Source: a virus. From it: 64,000 nt of DNA. This document shows positions 10,312 to 20,780 of the stretch, one piece after another (the first letter of the stretch is position 1; every line of letters starts with the position of its first letter). The stretch lies in the IMG/VR virus record IMGVR_UViG_3300021197_001928, positions 31,830-95,829 of that record. The stretch is one strand, 5' to 3'. A model generated the notes under the pieces. It was not told where the DNA came from and ran no database searches. It worked only from the letters and a program-made list of their open reading frames with translations. The position numbers were made by a program, and so were the translations under genes.

Positions 10312-11833
10312 TCTTGTCTACTCTGATTTTAAAGATGTATGGTTGTTCAACATAGGACCCAATTGATTCTTCATAAAAAGAATATGAAATTCCATAGGTG
10401 TATCCCTGTTCTAGCATGGACATATCCAAATCAAAATAGTTTCCCGATACATCATATGATAGGACAGTGTGATTGGTTGATGAAGTGCCATAAGAAACAA
10501 CTACTTTATCGTCTATCAATCTTTTAATTTTATACGATGCGCTCTCTATCAACAAGGCGTCAGGAGTTGTTTGCGCCTTTGTATAAATACTAGGACTCCA
10601 GTTTTTGTATCTTGCATACAGCCTAAACCTTTCTGTTCCGCTGTCTGGGTATGAGGTTTTTAGATTTGGCATTGTCACTACGTATTTAGGATTGGGGTTG
10701 AAATCCGAAAAGCTATGAGTTTTGGGAGTTATCATAGAACCTGTAAATATTTCTGCTCCAGAGTAACTCCAGACATCAAATAAATAAGGATACGTATCAA
10801 CAACTGCACTACTAGCTGTCGAAAACTGAATTTTGTATATTCCTTTTGATACTCTTGAGGCATTCAATGAGGATACAGTGCTGTTGCTGGAGTTTTCAAA
10901 ACTCCTAGAATTACCTTCTGGGACAGAACCTGATCCATAATAAAGTTTCATTGTTGGTACAGCGGAATCCGATCCCGCTATATCTTTCAAAGCTCCTTTA
11001 AAATAATTGTATAAATATAGAGTGTTTAAGTTATCAGCAGTTGTCAGAGTTGAGCTTTTAAAGTGAAAGTTGCCCCTGTTGTCTCGTATCGAGGAGTCCC
11101 AACGTGCTTCAATTTTTGGCCTCTCAAAAAAGAATTCAGAAGACCTAGCAAAGAACTTTTTGGTATAATATGATTTTGCTGCGCCTGTTAGGTTTATTGA
11201 ACTTGAAGCTTCGTAACTAGCACTAAGTTTTATGATAAATCCATGGTCGTCTTTCTTTCCGATTGTATTACCTTGCGTGTTGATCCATTGTTCAACCACA
11301 GTTGTCACATCTAATTCTAAATCCTCATCACCATTTTCGAATCTAGTTGTGTAATATGAAATGTTATCAGTATACCAATCGCCACCTTCTGCTGCCCAGC
11401 CAGTTGACCCAGCTATGTTAACCCAGTTCGATCCTATTTTATCGTAAGTTAGGTCAGTATAATTTTCCATATCCATACCGACTCCTTCTTCCCACGATGA
11501 AGAAATTGAACTAGAAACAGCAGCAACAGTCAAATAGAAATCCCTTGGCAAAGTCCTTGTATGCTCTGCATTATACATTTTTAAGTAAAATGACACACTT
11601 CCCGATGCTGGTATTGTTCCCTCTTGTCTGCTAGATGATATATCCGTGATTGGGAACTTTAATAATACTCTGGAAAGTTCTGCTGAACCAGAGTCTCTTT
11701 GGGCGTATAGGGAAAACACTTCTAAAATGTCAGCCTGACCCATGTTGGACCCGGTACCTCTTGTATTGAAGTCTTCTTTGTAAGCATTTGTTATAGTGTT
11801 GTCAGCGTTTGCTATATATCTTTTGATTGCCAT
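10301..11833 (-). CDS. Virion structural protein (DNRLRE/CBM96-like N-terminal beta domain)
   Basis: 510 aa. A.ADNTI...SRVLLKF...WEEG...LELDVT..V..W...GFIIK pattern. Coupled to flanking baseplate genes. Confidence 0.55.
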   Translation of the reverse strand: MAIKRYIANADNTITNAYKEDFNTRGTGSNMGQADILEVFSLYAQRDSGSAELSRVLLKFPITDISSSRQEGTIPASGSVSFYLKMYNAEHTRTLPRDFYLTVAAVSSSISSSWEEGVGMDMENYTDLTYDKIGSNWVNIAGSTGWAAEGGDWYTDNISYYTTRFENGDEDLELDVTTVVEQWINTQGNTIGKKDDHGFIIKLSASYEASSSINLTGAAKSYYTKKFFARSSEFFFERPKIEARWDSSIRDNRGNFHFKSSTLTTADNLNTLYLYNYFKGALKDIAGSDSAVPTMKLYYGSGSVPEGNSRSFENSSNSTVSSLNASRVSKGIYKIQFSTASSAVVDTYPYLFDVWSYSGAEIFTGSMITPKTHSFSDFNPNPKYVVTMPNLKTSYPDSGTERFRLYARYKNWSPSIYTKAQTTPDALLIESASYKIKRLIDDKVVVSYGTSSTNHTVLSYDVSGNYFDLDMSMLEQGYTYGISYSFYEESIGSYVEQPYIFKIRVDKNEY

Positions 11834-13632
11834 TATTTTACCGCTCCTTTTATGTCTAGGTTGGGATATTTTATCTCAAGGATTATATTCTTAGGAACTT
11901 TGTAATAAGATCCATCCCGGCTGAGGCCTACTTGTACATTATAATTAATAGCGCTGTATTGGTTTCCTGTTTTATTAAAAATGTGAACCCTTTTAACGTC
12001 TTGCACACCCTCTACGTTGTTTAGCACTTCGTAAATCCTTGTTAAATATAGTGGCTCCCCAATATACATTATGTCACCAAAATAATTCTTAACAGCATCT
12101 TGGCAATCGAATAGCACACTTTGGGAATCGTAATTTTTGTCATTGACAACAGTAAATTCTATTCCGATATTGACTATAAAAACATCTTTTATTGTAACAG
12201 AGTCATTAATAGGTATATAATGGGTCAAATAGTTCTTAATATTGTTTTTTGTAATCTGATGGGTCTTTGCTAGCTTTCCATCGTTATCCACAGAAACCAC
12301 ATACATACTTATCTCTCGGTTGGTACTGGATGGGTCGTTAACAATATTAGCCCTTGATACACCGCCAAACTTAGTTGGCATTTGATAAACCAGTGATTCA
12401 TAATCTTGTTTTGTCACTGCCCTGTTCTGTGCAGCATAATATGCCTTGGCTCTCTCTTTCAACTCTTGATTCGAAACGTCTTGAGAGTTTGACACAATTG
12501 GTTCTTCGTTTATACATTCGAGAGAATTAACTACTGATCCTCTTAAATTTGATGTAAGGACCGTTTCATCTTTAAATTCAATTAAGGAGTTGGTAACAAC
12601 CTGAACAGAGTTTGATGCTGCGGCTGTTTTACCTCCCTCATTCATTCTTATAACAACTCTTAATTTTGTATTATAAGGGGAGATTCCCAATTTGTTCGTA
12701 GAAATTAATTTTGTTGGATCAAAAGATAGATCACTTATAGTATTTTTACCATGCATTTTTAGAGCAACTTTTGAAGGGTCTATAATCCCACTTGAATCAT
12801 CGTCTTGAGACCCAAACCCAAACTGTAAGTAGGTTCCGGAATCATCTTGATAGATTGTGAATTTTCTTGTTGTTACAAAGGGCTTTAGAATGGATCTGAC
12901 TCCATCTGCAACAGCGTCTTTATTTGTCGTCTCTACAAAAACAACCTCTTGAGATAGATTGTCGACCTCATAATATTTATTGCCTTCAGAATCAGTAACA
13001 GAAAAAACCTCTGTGATATTATCATCTCCCACTCTTACTCTTCTAAATCTCTCAAAGACCTCATCTTTAAGATCCATTTCAACTACTGCGTAGACACCAG
13101 ATTGTACTTGGCCATATGCCTTACAAGCAAAATATGTTGTGGCACCTGTCGTTGAATCGAATCTAGCTGCTACGAATTGAGTATTCGCATTATCAAAGAC
13201 AACGTCCTCGGTTAAAATATAATTACCACCAGAATTGCTGCTAACAGTTGTCCCCCTCTTGAGAGTTGGCAAGTAGTCCAAATCTGGTGCTGTTCCGGCT
13301 GCATTTGATGGACATAATATAAAGAATGCTATAACCCCATATGAAGACGGTATGCCTCTAAATTTATACCCCAAGGCACGGGCATGTTTTCTAATATTAT
13401 TAAACTCTACAGCAGTATCTAGGAACGATTCATTAACAGCATAGTCTAAATAATATGATAATATATCTCCAACATATGAGACACTATCCAGCACCATCGA
13501 ACCGAAAGAAGGAGTTGTAAAGTCTCTATAATTTTCCGGATAAAACCTTTTGGCGTGTTCAACCAGATCATCCTTAATCGTTTCGAATTCTCTGCTAGTG
13601 TATTTTATTGTTATGTTTTTACTTTTTGGCAT
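11833..13632 (-). CDS. Baseplate wedge subunit (T4 gp6 / P2 gpJ-like)
   Basis: YTSREFETIKDDL, SYVGDILSYYLDYAVNESFLDTA, ARALGYK and AQNRAVTKQDY are gp6-type motifs. Start refined to ATG 13632 (MPKSKN) behind GGAG. Confidence 0.9.
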   Translation of the reverse strand: MPKSKNITIKYTSREFETIKDDLVEHAKRFYPENYRDFTTPSFGSMVLDSVSYVGDILSYYLDYAVNESFLDTAVEFNNIRKHARALGYKFRGIPSSYGVIAFFILCPSNAAGTAPDLDYLPTLKRGTTVSSNSGGNYILTEDVVFDNANTQFVAARFDSTTGATTYFACKAYGQVQSGVYAVVEMDLKDEVFERFRRVRVGDDNITEVFSVTDSEGNKYYEVDNLSQEVVFVETTNKDAVADGVRSILKPFVTTRKFTIYQDDSGTYLQFGFGSQDDDSSGIIDPSKVALKMHGKNTISDLSFDPTKLISTNKLGISPYNTKLRVVIRMNEGGKTAAASNSVQVVTNSLIEFKDETVLTSNLRGSVVNSLECINEEPIVSNSQDVSNQELKERAKAYYAAQNRAVTKQDYESLVYQMPTKFGGVSRANIVNDPSSTNREISMYVVSVDNDGKLAKTHQITKNNIKNYLTHYIPINDSVTIKDVFIVNIGIEFTVVNDKNYDSQSVLFDCQDAVKNYFGDIMYIGEPLYLTRIYEVLNNVEGVQDVKRVHIFNKTGNQYSAINYNVQVGLSRDGSYYKVPKNIILEIKYPNLDIKGAVK

Positions 13633-13660
13633 TTCTTTTTTAATCTCCAACAATCAAATA

Positions 13661-13667
13661 TAAATAG
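13661..13667 (-). promoter_or_regulatory. Putative late promoter motif CTATTTA
   Basis: Sense-strand CTATTTA in the gap upstream of the gp6-like gene; recurs upstream of many genes in the window. Confidence 0.55.
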
Positions 13668-13685
13668 ATTTAGAAGAGATTTTAA

Positions 13686-14087
13686 CTATTCGCTAATAAT
13701 CAAATCGAATCTAGCATGCTTTTTAATATTAGGTATTGTATATTGTATTACGATTTTTATGGCATTTGGGCTGTCTTCTGTGGTGGTGACCAGTGTATTA
13801 TCAATAATAATATACGGAACATATTCGTTAATGCCATTTATTATATTGCTTTCTAATTGTTCAAAATCTTGTAGTTGCCCGGAATTGTATGAAAATAAGA
13901 ATGTTTTTGCTGCACAGCCAAAATCTGGGTCACTGCGTCTTTCTCCCGGGTGTGTTAAGATAGTACTTTTAATGTTAAAATTTATAACATCTACAATTTC
14001 ATCTTCCCCTAGGGTTTCAAAAGTTTCAGTTTTCGCCCCGCCCTGTTCCAAAGGAAATTTTACGGTATAGTTTACATTAGACATCAT
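13686..14087 (-). CDS. Baseplate wedge protein gp25/gpW-like
   Basis: ILTHPGERRSDPDFGC motif, 133 aa, adjacent to the gp6-like gene. Confidence 0.9.
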   Translation of the reverse strand: MMSNVNYTVKFPLEQGGAKTETFETLGEDEIVDVINFNIKSTILTHPGERRSDPDFGCAAKTFLFSYNSGQLQDFEQLESNIINGINEYVPYIIIDNTLVTTTEDSPNAIKIVIQYTIPNIKKHARFDLIISE

Positions 14088-17000
14088 TATTCTCCTGCTA
14101 TGTTAACTAGTCCGCTGAACTGATTCCCACAGGGCTTTCCGTCTTCATCAGTTTCTTTTCTTTTGAATTTTGATTTCATCCACCATGGCACATCAGCGCC
14201 TATAAATATGTTATTAACTGTTTTTGATAAGATATCTTTTGTTAAGTTCTCGACAAAGCCTCCACTTTTCTCTTCTTCGTTGTCTGGGTCGAAGTCTTTT
14301 CTTTTGTAATTTGATACAAATAACTTTCTCAACTCATCCTTCGTATCATTAAAAAGATTTTCTAATCTTACAGGCTTGTTATCATCTTCGTCTTCTCTTT
14401 CATCGGGATCTCTACCCAGCGAAGAATAAAAATTTAAATAAGAATAGATACACGCAATGGATGGTATCCTTTTTGCACTAGTGATATGATCAAACAATAG
14501 TTTAAATTCTGGAGTTTCACACATCAAATCAACATAACACTTTAGATCTTGATTAAAATTACTATCCGAATCAATATATGAGGCCAATTTGTTATCTGGT
14601 ATGTCTCGCTCGAATGAACAAATAGGAAAAACATACTTTGATGATACTGTTGGGGGATATTTAAATACATAGCTCTTTTCTTGATTTGCTTTTTGCATAA
14701 TTTCTTGAGTAATTGATTTAAGAGGTTCAAAATTGCGAGGCATTACCATACAAAGCCTAACTCCAAATTTAACACCTATGCTTCCATCATACCCATCCTC
14801 TAATAACTTCAATTTTGCATTTCCAAAAAAATCAGAAACATTAGCATCCACTGGGATGTTAGATGCATTTGTGGATAAAAATTCTTTAAATTTAGCAATG
14901 TTTACCACACCTTTAAGATTATTATCTCGGTTGTCCAAAAAAGACCTATTTAATTGTATTCTTTGTGCTGCTATGGTCTGCGGTGATACTTTTTTGTCTT
15001 CTATTCTTAGATATTTTTCTAAAAAGAGACCCCCATTTTCGTTTAATTCATTAGCGTCAATTTCAATTCCATCTAGAGGGTGCTGACTGTTTACACTGTT
15101 TACACAATCTGGTATTGATCCGTAGTCAAAATTTGATTTTCCTCCCGTAGGTGCCTCTACTTCTACTTCACCGGCCCTTATATTGCCCTTCATCATTATG
15201 TTAGATGATCCAATTAAGAATTTTGATATGTCATATATATAAGGCCTTGGCTGAATGACTTCTGATAGCATATCTGAATAGAAATTTAGTTGTTCTTCTA
15301 CCAAATATGATAATCCTTCCATGCATTCTCCCATTACATCATGAATAGCTCCTAGCTTTGCTGCAAACCTTAACTGATTTAATGTAAATGCTGAGGATAG
15401 GGCGATTGCTGTGGCACCAATTCCCACAAAAGCTGGGGCCGCTAATAATCCACCAGCAGCTATTAATCCGCCAATTGATACCCTGTCTACAACACCATCA
15501 TTTTTAAAATCACCAAAGACATCCGCATAGGTTGGGCTAACATAAGTTTTCTGTATTTCGTTTAATGCATTCATTATGTCATCGAGTTGGCTATCAGATT
15601 CTATTTCTCCGCTGTCCATTTTTCTCTTTAATAGTTGCATGGCCTGTTCTACAAACAAATACCAATATACTCCGCCTTCATATGTCGAGGCAAATAAAGA
15701 AAACTGGTTTGACAAACTCTCTTCTAGCTTTCTAACAATTAATCTAGAGATCATTTTACTATGATTTCTTTTAAAATTCATGTCGACATTAGCATTGATT
15801 GGAAAGGTCCTTAACATATAATCAACAACGTGCATTCGGATTATCGCTGTTACAACGCCGCCTATAGTGGATAGCGTTGACGGATTAGCTATTTTGTCAA
15901 AAGGTTTTTCAATAACACAATCAGGTGCTAGTTGTAGTCTTTCGTCTGGTTTTATTGAAGACTCATCTTCGCCCATCTTATCCATGATGTCTTGAAAAAA
16001 CATAAAATTACTTTGGACATCCTTACACCCTTTAATGTTGGATACAATGACTTTTGCAAATTGGGACCATCCTTGCTTTTCCTCTGCTAATATATTATAA
16101 AACGGAGCAGAATAGGATCCCCCGTGTTGAGCAGGGTCTAAAAACATCACTCTGGGGTTGTTGGTTAAACTTCTACCTAAGACTTTTGCTGATTCTTCAT
16201 AAGTGTATTCCGTAGCTCCTGACTCAGGGTTTACATAAGTAAGATCGGCTGCTGATATCTCGACAGCGTTGTAGCCATAAAGAAAGCCTTGGGAAGGCTG
16301 TCCGCTTGAATCTGATACTAACAACTTTAGTACCTTATCAAACATTATTTTATTTATAATTGATATTGCATCTTCGGCATCATCTAGGGTCATTTTACTT
16401 TCTCCAAATAACGACCAAGACTTTTCCAACATTGCTCTCATTATCTTTGCTCTATATCTACCGCCCGCTTCAATATACGGATCCAGATCGTTGAGCATTT
16501 TCATGTGCACTTCTTCAACACTTTCCATTACTTCAATATTATAATCAGGAAATTCTGGCGTTACTATTCTGATTTTATGTGCAAAGGAGTCCTCACCCCC
16601 ATCATATACCTTTATTTTGGTTTCAAAAAGTCCATCTTCGTAATCTCCAGTAAAAGTTAAATTCATCTTTGGGGTTTTATCTTTGTCCCACTCTTCTGTC
16701 TGGGCCAGAAACTGGTTTCTCATTTCTATAGCAACAGTATTTGGCAGATCTGCACTTTCTGGGAATATGAATGCAAGAGGGCCCAGAGATGACCGAACAT
16801 TTCTATACCAATTATAATAGTTTAAGGAACCTCCTTTTTTATCTGCTAATATCTGTCCTAAAATTCCGGGACCATCAAATGGCTCCCAAAGATTCCAATC
16901 AACCATGTCATCCATAAACGCTTTCTGTACTCTCTTGAATATTCCTGCCTTTACATTCTTAAAAGATTCAGTCTCTCTTGCTTTTTTCAATACAGCACCA

Positions 17001-20000
17001 ACACTATTAATATTGTCTACACAATCCGGATCGGTGGTTGGTGATAACGCCTGATCTATAATATCACCTAAAACGGAATCGGGGCCATTCAACACCATAT
17101 CCAGAACTTGCTCTACATTATCCTCTGATCGGTCTTTCTCTTGCTGCTTATAGTCGTCTAAAACGTCCTGAGGCAAAGAAGATAATGCTTCATCTGTCGC
17201 TTCATTTAGTGCTATCATTTCTGAATTTTCCAAACATTTGCTCGTTGGTGATTCTATGTATACAACTGAATCGACTTGATTGTCCATTGCATCTAGCTGA
17301 TCGGCAGTTAATAGCCCAGATGCCATTTGAAAAAATTCCCCAACAGCATCTGCATTTGATAGTAAATCAGCAAATGCTGGCGAATTGGCGCTAACCGACT
17401 CTGCTATACTTTTCAAATATTCGCTGTCCGGGTTGCCTGTTAGGGCACGTTTCATTTGTACATCAGTTCCTGCGTTTGAAATTGTCTTGGCTAATTTGCC
17501 ATATTCCTCTTCAGGCAAGGGGGGTCGACCTTCAGGGGCCATACCGGCTGCTCTTAGAATATCTGACTCTTTGCAATCTTCCCTTCCAAGAAGGTCCATT
17601 AGACTAACGGTTGTAGGTAATTGGCCACCTAATAATTTACACAAAGATGCATCAATCAGTTGAGCTAGTTTGGCAAACAAAGCAGCCATTGCCTGCTTAA
17701 ATGTTATTTTTAAAGCTGCTATGAACGCCTTGACAAGGTTATCGAGCATATTGCTCCAGCTAAACTTTGGAAACTGTTTTAGCGCTGGTAGTGCTAGATC
17801 TGGCTTTTCCCAATTGCAAGGGTCTAAAGTTAGTGTGCTCAAGAAGCTGTCAATTGGTGGAAATATAAAATGAGTTCTTGGGCATTTAAATTTTGATACA
17901 ATACTGGTTAGAATTTTAATTCCGGGCAAGTTGTCTATGGCGCTCATTATCTCTTGAATTTCTGCTGTTTCCATTATTGCATCTTTATATGCTTTCATAA
18001 TTGCCTGTTGAGTATTACCAAGAGCCTTTCCCATTGTGCCCTGTTCGTAATTGTCTCCGGGATTCAGGCTGGCAAAATTGTTTTTGTTGGCTTCGGCCGA
18101 TATTAAGGCTTGCCTTTCCTGTTCAGATAAGTTACTCCAATTCTCAAATTGTCTAGTTTCTTCCAAATCCTTCTGTAGATTTAGTGCCTCTCCACGCATC
18201 TGTTCTATTTTAGTTAGGGAAGCAATTGCCACTTTAGATAAATCTTGCATAACGCCAATAATATCTGGAGACTCTCCGGATCTTAAATCTGAAATTTCTT
18301 GATTTACCTCTCTCATTTGATCTTCTTTCTCTTCTTGGCGAAAGCCTAGGTTGAATATCCGATCTTTGATCTCTTGTATTGCTGCGGGGTTCTCATCGAG
18401 AGCCACTTGTTCAAGTTCATTATCAGCTAATATTTCTCTTAGTTCTCTTATTTCTGCTTTTATGTCTGTTATTTCTTTTGATACTTCTAATAATTTTTTT
18501 TCTTTTTCATATATTTTAGAAAGTATTATTTCATCGATAGCTGGGCTGTCTTCTACTGGTATATAATTTTTTATATTTGTGATATACTCACCGATTTGGG
18601 CGGGTGTTTCTCTTATTATAAATTTTAAAACATCGACTTTAGCGTTAAGGTCTCCAACTCTTTCGTCTGAGTTTGAGCCTTTTGTTTCCGACCAACCTTT
18701 TTTTTCGTTTGGGCTATAATCTAATATATAACTAATAAAAGATTCGGAAGCAAATGATATTTGTATATTTGCCTTAAAGTTTGCTTTTTTCAATTCTGAA
18801 AATATTTGTTTAATTCTATCCTGTAGTTTTGATAGCCCACTCTCAGCATTCAGTCTTTTATCCTTCGCTTCTGTTGCCCTGTTGGTTCGAGGTTCTGCTA
18901 ATGAACCGGCTTTCCATCCGGGTTCCCATGGTGCCGGCATGTTTCCAAATTCTTTTTCGACAACTTTTCTAATTTGCTCCTGTTTGTCTGCCGGTAGGGA
19001 CATCACGATTACCTCTAGACCTTCTCCAGCAACATTTTTCATAACTGATTTGATAATAGATAAATAAGCAGAGCTTAAGTCCATGCCTCGAAACAAGCAT
19101 TTTAATAGTGTCAAAGCAAAATCTTTAAATGAACAGGGGTTAAACATTCTTGCTAATGTCAACAGGTGTTCTCCGACACCCTCATCCCCCTCAAAAGATA
19201 ATTTAAAATCGGACAAGGCCTTAAATATTGGGGATTTTTCTTTCATTTTTCTATTTTCTTTTCTATATTTGTCATGAACGTATGATTTCATATAATCTAT
19301 TCGACCATTAAAAGTTTCCCTCTTAAATTTATCAGTGTCAAAACCAAAATTAGGTATAGTTTTAAATACTTTTGTCTTATCTGGGTCGAAATCAGAGGGA
19401 GTCTGGTCGAAAATATAACCATTTCCATACATGGAGATGCAGTTTGCTTGATTAAACTGGTATGCAAAAGCATTAGAAAAACTCAATGCAGTTTTCAATA
19501 CCGCACCATTAATTGCATTTATATCAGACAGGCATGTATCTGGTCTTTGATCTTTAAATTTTTCAGCGCTCCCAAAATCAATGCTTAGTTGCGGAAAGGT
19601 ATATTCTACAACAAAATCTAACCAATTTGGAGTTTGTCTGGCTGTAAGCTTTGGGTGTATTTTATCAAGCACGGCAACATAGCCCATCGTTGTTTGGTCC
19701 ATATTATATTTTCTTATGAAACGTCCGATACCGCCCTTTTTCATCTTTTTCCAGCGGCAATTTTTCTTTTTAACTCTAATTCTCTTAATCTTAAATGGCT
19801 TTTCTTCATCAGATTTATCAAAAGTTATCTCTATTTGGTGTGCCCTTGGCCCAAAGGAGGGAGCATTTCCATATTTAAAGTTATTATTTTCTATAAGAGT
19901 TTCAAGTGCACTTCTAAATCTTTTCATCCTTCCTATTACAAAGGACAAATAAAATTGTTTGTTTGATTCCGCAAAGAATAAGCTGCCGTTCTCCATTTGG

Positions 20001-20773
20001 AAAAAATGTGACTGGTATTTAGAGAAAACCTCCAAGGCAGAAGTCGTTTCTTTCAACGCTGTGTCGAATTCTTCAACATTCATAACTAACTTCTTGACAC
20101 TAGTATCAACCTCTGGTATATCGGGCATGTCTGGTACCCTGTCTAAGACAAATGCTGGTACGGTTATTAATACTTGTAATATACCATTGTCACTCAAGGT
20201 AGTAAATCTAAATTCTGGGGTTCTTGCATACACCTCTAGGGCGTCCATATTTGTTGCCTTGCCACCAACAACCGGCGGACTGTCTCCTTTAGTTGTAGGC
20301 ACAGTGTGGTATGTGAGCGTAGTTGTTCCTAAATCAACAGGGCGCTCTTCTAAATTTATATAGTCATCAAAGTTTACATCAAAAGTTGTACCACATTGAC
20401 CTCCGGGATTTTCAGGTGGTAATGCACAAATTATTTCGTCAGAAATCATTTTACCATAATAAGCCAACATCATACGAATACCGGGCTTTACGTAAGTTCT
20501 CTTTAATGCTTGAAATCCGTTGCTTTCCGATGCCACTCCAATAGTACCAACAGTAAATGTATCTCCATTTTCATTTATCGTAACTGATATGGAGTATTCG
20601 CAAGTTTTCTTGTTTAAAAAGGGCTTATCCAGCGTCCACCAGTCAGGGGGCACAAAATTCTCGTCTGGTATGCATGTTGGGCAGACCTTATCGGGCTCTT
20701 TTTCTTGTTTGGGTCCTATTTCACAAATGTCTTGCTGAGAAACAAGAAATTCTGATTTGTTTTCTATTGCCAT
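14087..20773 (-). CDS. Very large virion-associated protein (coiled coil plus a hydrophobic segment), function unknown
   Basis: 2228-aa open frame in the baseplate operon with a long heptad-rich central region and segment VSIGGLIAAGGLLAAPAFVGIGATAIAL. Confidence 0.6.
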   Translation of the reverse strand: MAIENKSEFLVSQQDICEIGPKQEKEPDKVCPTCIPDENFVPPDWWTLDKPFLNKKTCEYSISVTINENGDTFTVGTIGVASESNGFQALKRTYVKPGIRMMLAYYGKMISDEIICALPPENPGGQCGTTFDVNFDDYINLEERPVDLGTTTLTYHTVPTTKGDSPPVVGGKATNMDALEVYARTPEFRFTTLSDNGILQVLITVPAFVLDRVPDMPDIPEVDTSVKKLVMNVEEFDTALKETTSALEVFSKYQSHFFQMENGSLFFAESNKQFYLSFVIGRMKRFRSALETLIENNNFKYGNAPSFGPRAHQIEITFDKSDEEKPFKIKRIRVKKKNCRWKKMKKGGIGRFIRKYNMDQTTMGYVAVLDKIHPKLTARQTPNWLDFVVEYTFPQLSIDFGSAEKFKDQRPDTCLSDINAINGAVLKTALSFSNAFAYQFNQANCISMYGNGYIFDQTPSDFDPDKTKVFKTIPNFGFDTDKFKRETFNGRIDYMKSYVHDKYRKENRKMKEKSPIFKALSDFKLSFEGDEGVGEHLLTLARMFNPCSFKDFALTLLKCLFRGMDLSSAYLSIIKSVMKNVAGEGLEVIVMSLPADKQEQIRKVVEKEFGNMPAPWEPGWKAGSLAEPRTNRATEAKDKRLNAESGLSKLQDRIKQIFSELKKANFKANIQISFASESFISYILDYSPNEKKGWSETKGSNSDERVGDLNAKVDVLKFIIRETPAQIGEYITNIKNYIPVEDSPAIDEIILSKIYEKEKKLLEVSKEITDIKAEIRELREILADNELEQVALDENPAAIQEIKDRIFNLGFRQEEKEDQMREVNQEISDLRSGESPDIIGVMQDLSKVAIASLTKIEQMRGEALNLQKDLEETRQFENWSNLSEQERQALISAEANKNNFASLNPGDNYEQGTMGKALGNTQQAIMKAYKDAIMETAEIQEIMSAIDNLPGIKILTSIVSKFKCPRTHFIFPPIDSFLSTLTLDPCNWEKPDLALPALKQFPKFSWSNMLDNLVKAFIAALKITFKQAMAALFAKLAQLIDASLCKLLGGQLPTTVSLMDLLGREDCKESDILRAAGMAPEGRPPLPEEEYGKLAKTISNAGTDVQMKRALTGNPDSEYLKSIAESVSANSPAFADLLSNADAVGEFFQMASGLLTADQLDAMDNQVDSVVYIESPTSKCLENSEMIALNEATDEALSSLPQDVLDDYKQQEKDRSEDNVEQVLDMVLNGPDSVLGDIIDQALSPTTDPDCVDNINSVGAVLKKARETESFKNVKAGIFKRVQKAFMDDMVDWNLWEPFDGPGILGQILADKKGGSLNYYNWYRNVRSSLGPLAFIFPESADLPNTVAIEMRNQFLAQTEEWDKDKTPKMNLTFTGDYEDGLFETKIKVYDGGEDSFAHKIRIVTPEFPDYNIEVMESVEEVHMKMLNDLDPYIEAGGRYRAKIMRAMLEKSWSLFGESKMTLDDAEDAISIINKIMFDKVLKLLVSDSSGQPSQGFLYGYNAVEISAADLTYVNPESGATEYTYEESAKVLGRSLTNNPRVMFLDPAQHGGSYSAPFYNILAEEKQGWSQFAKVIVSNIKGCKDVQSNFMFFQDIMDKMGEDESSIKPDERLQLAPDCVIEKPFDKIANPSTLSTIGGVVTAIIRMHVVDYMLRTFPINANVDMNFKRNHSKMISRLIVRKLEESLSNQFSLFASTYEGGVYWYLFVEQAMQLLKRKMDSGEIESDSQLDDIMNALNEIQKTYVSPTYADVFGDFKNDGVVDRVSIGGLIAAGGLLAAPAFVGIGATAIALSSAFTLNQLRFAAKLGAIHDVMGECMEGLSYLVEEQLNFYSDMLSEVIQPRPYIYDISKFLIGSSNIMMKGNIRAGEVEVEAPTGGKSNFDYGSIPDCVNSVNSQHPLDGIEIDANELNENGGLFLEKYLRIEDKKVSPQTIAAQRIQLNRSFLDNRDNNLKGVVNIAKFKEFLSTNASNIPVDANVSDFFGNAKLKLLEDGYDGSIGVKFGVRLCMVMPRNFEPLKSITQEIMQKANQEKSYVFKYPPTVSSKYVFPICSFERDIPDNKLASYIDSDSNFNQDLKCYVDLMCETPEFKLLFDHITSAKRIPSIACIYSYLNFYSSLGRDPDEREDEDDNKPVRLENLFNDTKDELRKLFVSNYKRKDFDPDNEEEKSGGFVENLTKDILSKTVNNIFIGADVPWWMKSKFKRKETDEDGKPCGNQFSGLVNIAGE

Positions 20774-20780
20774 AATTACC

